15,082 nt of DNA from Thermovirgaceae bacterium (GTDB lineage: Bacteria; Synergistota; Synergistia; Synergistales; Thermovirgaceae), in NCBI GenBank assembly GCA_046542505.1, contig JBKHBH010000045.1, positions 1 through 15,082 of the forward strand, given 5' to 3'. Positions within the stretch are counted from its first letter, which is position 1. Each line of letters starts with the position of its first letter. The notes beneath the pieces are model-generated. The model was not told where the DNA came from and searched no databases. It was given only the letters and a program-made list of their open reading frames with translations. Made by a program: the position numbers and the translations under genes. Positions 15,036 to 15,082 of this stretch are shown here, one piece after another.

Positions 15036-15069
15036 GGGTGAGGCGGGGCGATCAATCTCCGCCTCATCC
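15036..15069 (+). terminator. GC-rich hairpin after the PEBP gene, possible terminator
   Basis: GGGTGAGGCGGGG pairs with CTCCGCCTCATCC using two G-U pairs on the + strand. No clear U-tract follows. Confidence 0.4.
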
Positions 15070-15082
15070 CTCTCACAGAACC

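Noticed and set aside
1..15082. CRISPR array, tRNA/rRNA, IS element or integrase
   Set aside because: No regularly spaced repeats, cloverleaf-like sequence, terminal inverted repeats or recombinase ORFs were seen.

Overview
Bacterial window from an anaerobe; the gene style suggests Synergistota, but that is inference. The left flank (+) holds a 5'-truncated PhzF-family isomerase and an uncharacterised protein of about 323 aa. The core (about 1.9-11.0 kb, minus strand, visibly less GC-rich than the flanks) is a catabolic module: GntR/FCD regulator, glycyl radical enzyme (GRE), radical-SAM activase, divergent pyrroline-5-carboxylate reductase, and TRAP transporter dctP-dctQ-dctM. The layout resembles the HypD/ProC trans-4-hydroxy-L-proline pathway. 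However, the GRE lacks the HypD substrate-binding residues as I recall them, so it is a candidate radical dehydratase of unassigned substrate. Promoters, palindromic operators and terminators for this module are readable in the DNA, and the regulator appears to use a non-canonical ATC start. The right flank (+) holds a glycine-betaine/carnitine-type binding protein with no permease in view, a choline/carnitine O-acyltransferase family enzyme with an altered acceptor pocket, and a YbhB/YbcL (PEBP) protein. No rRNA, tRNA, CRISPR array or transposase was seen.
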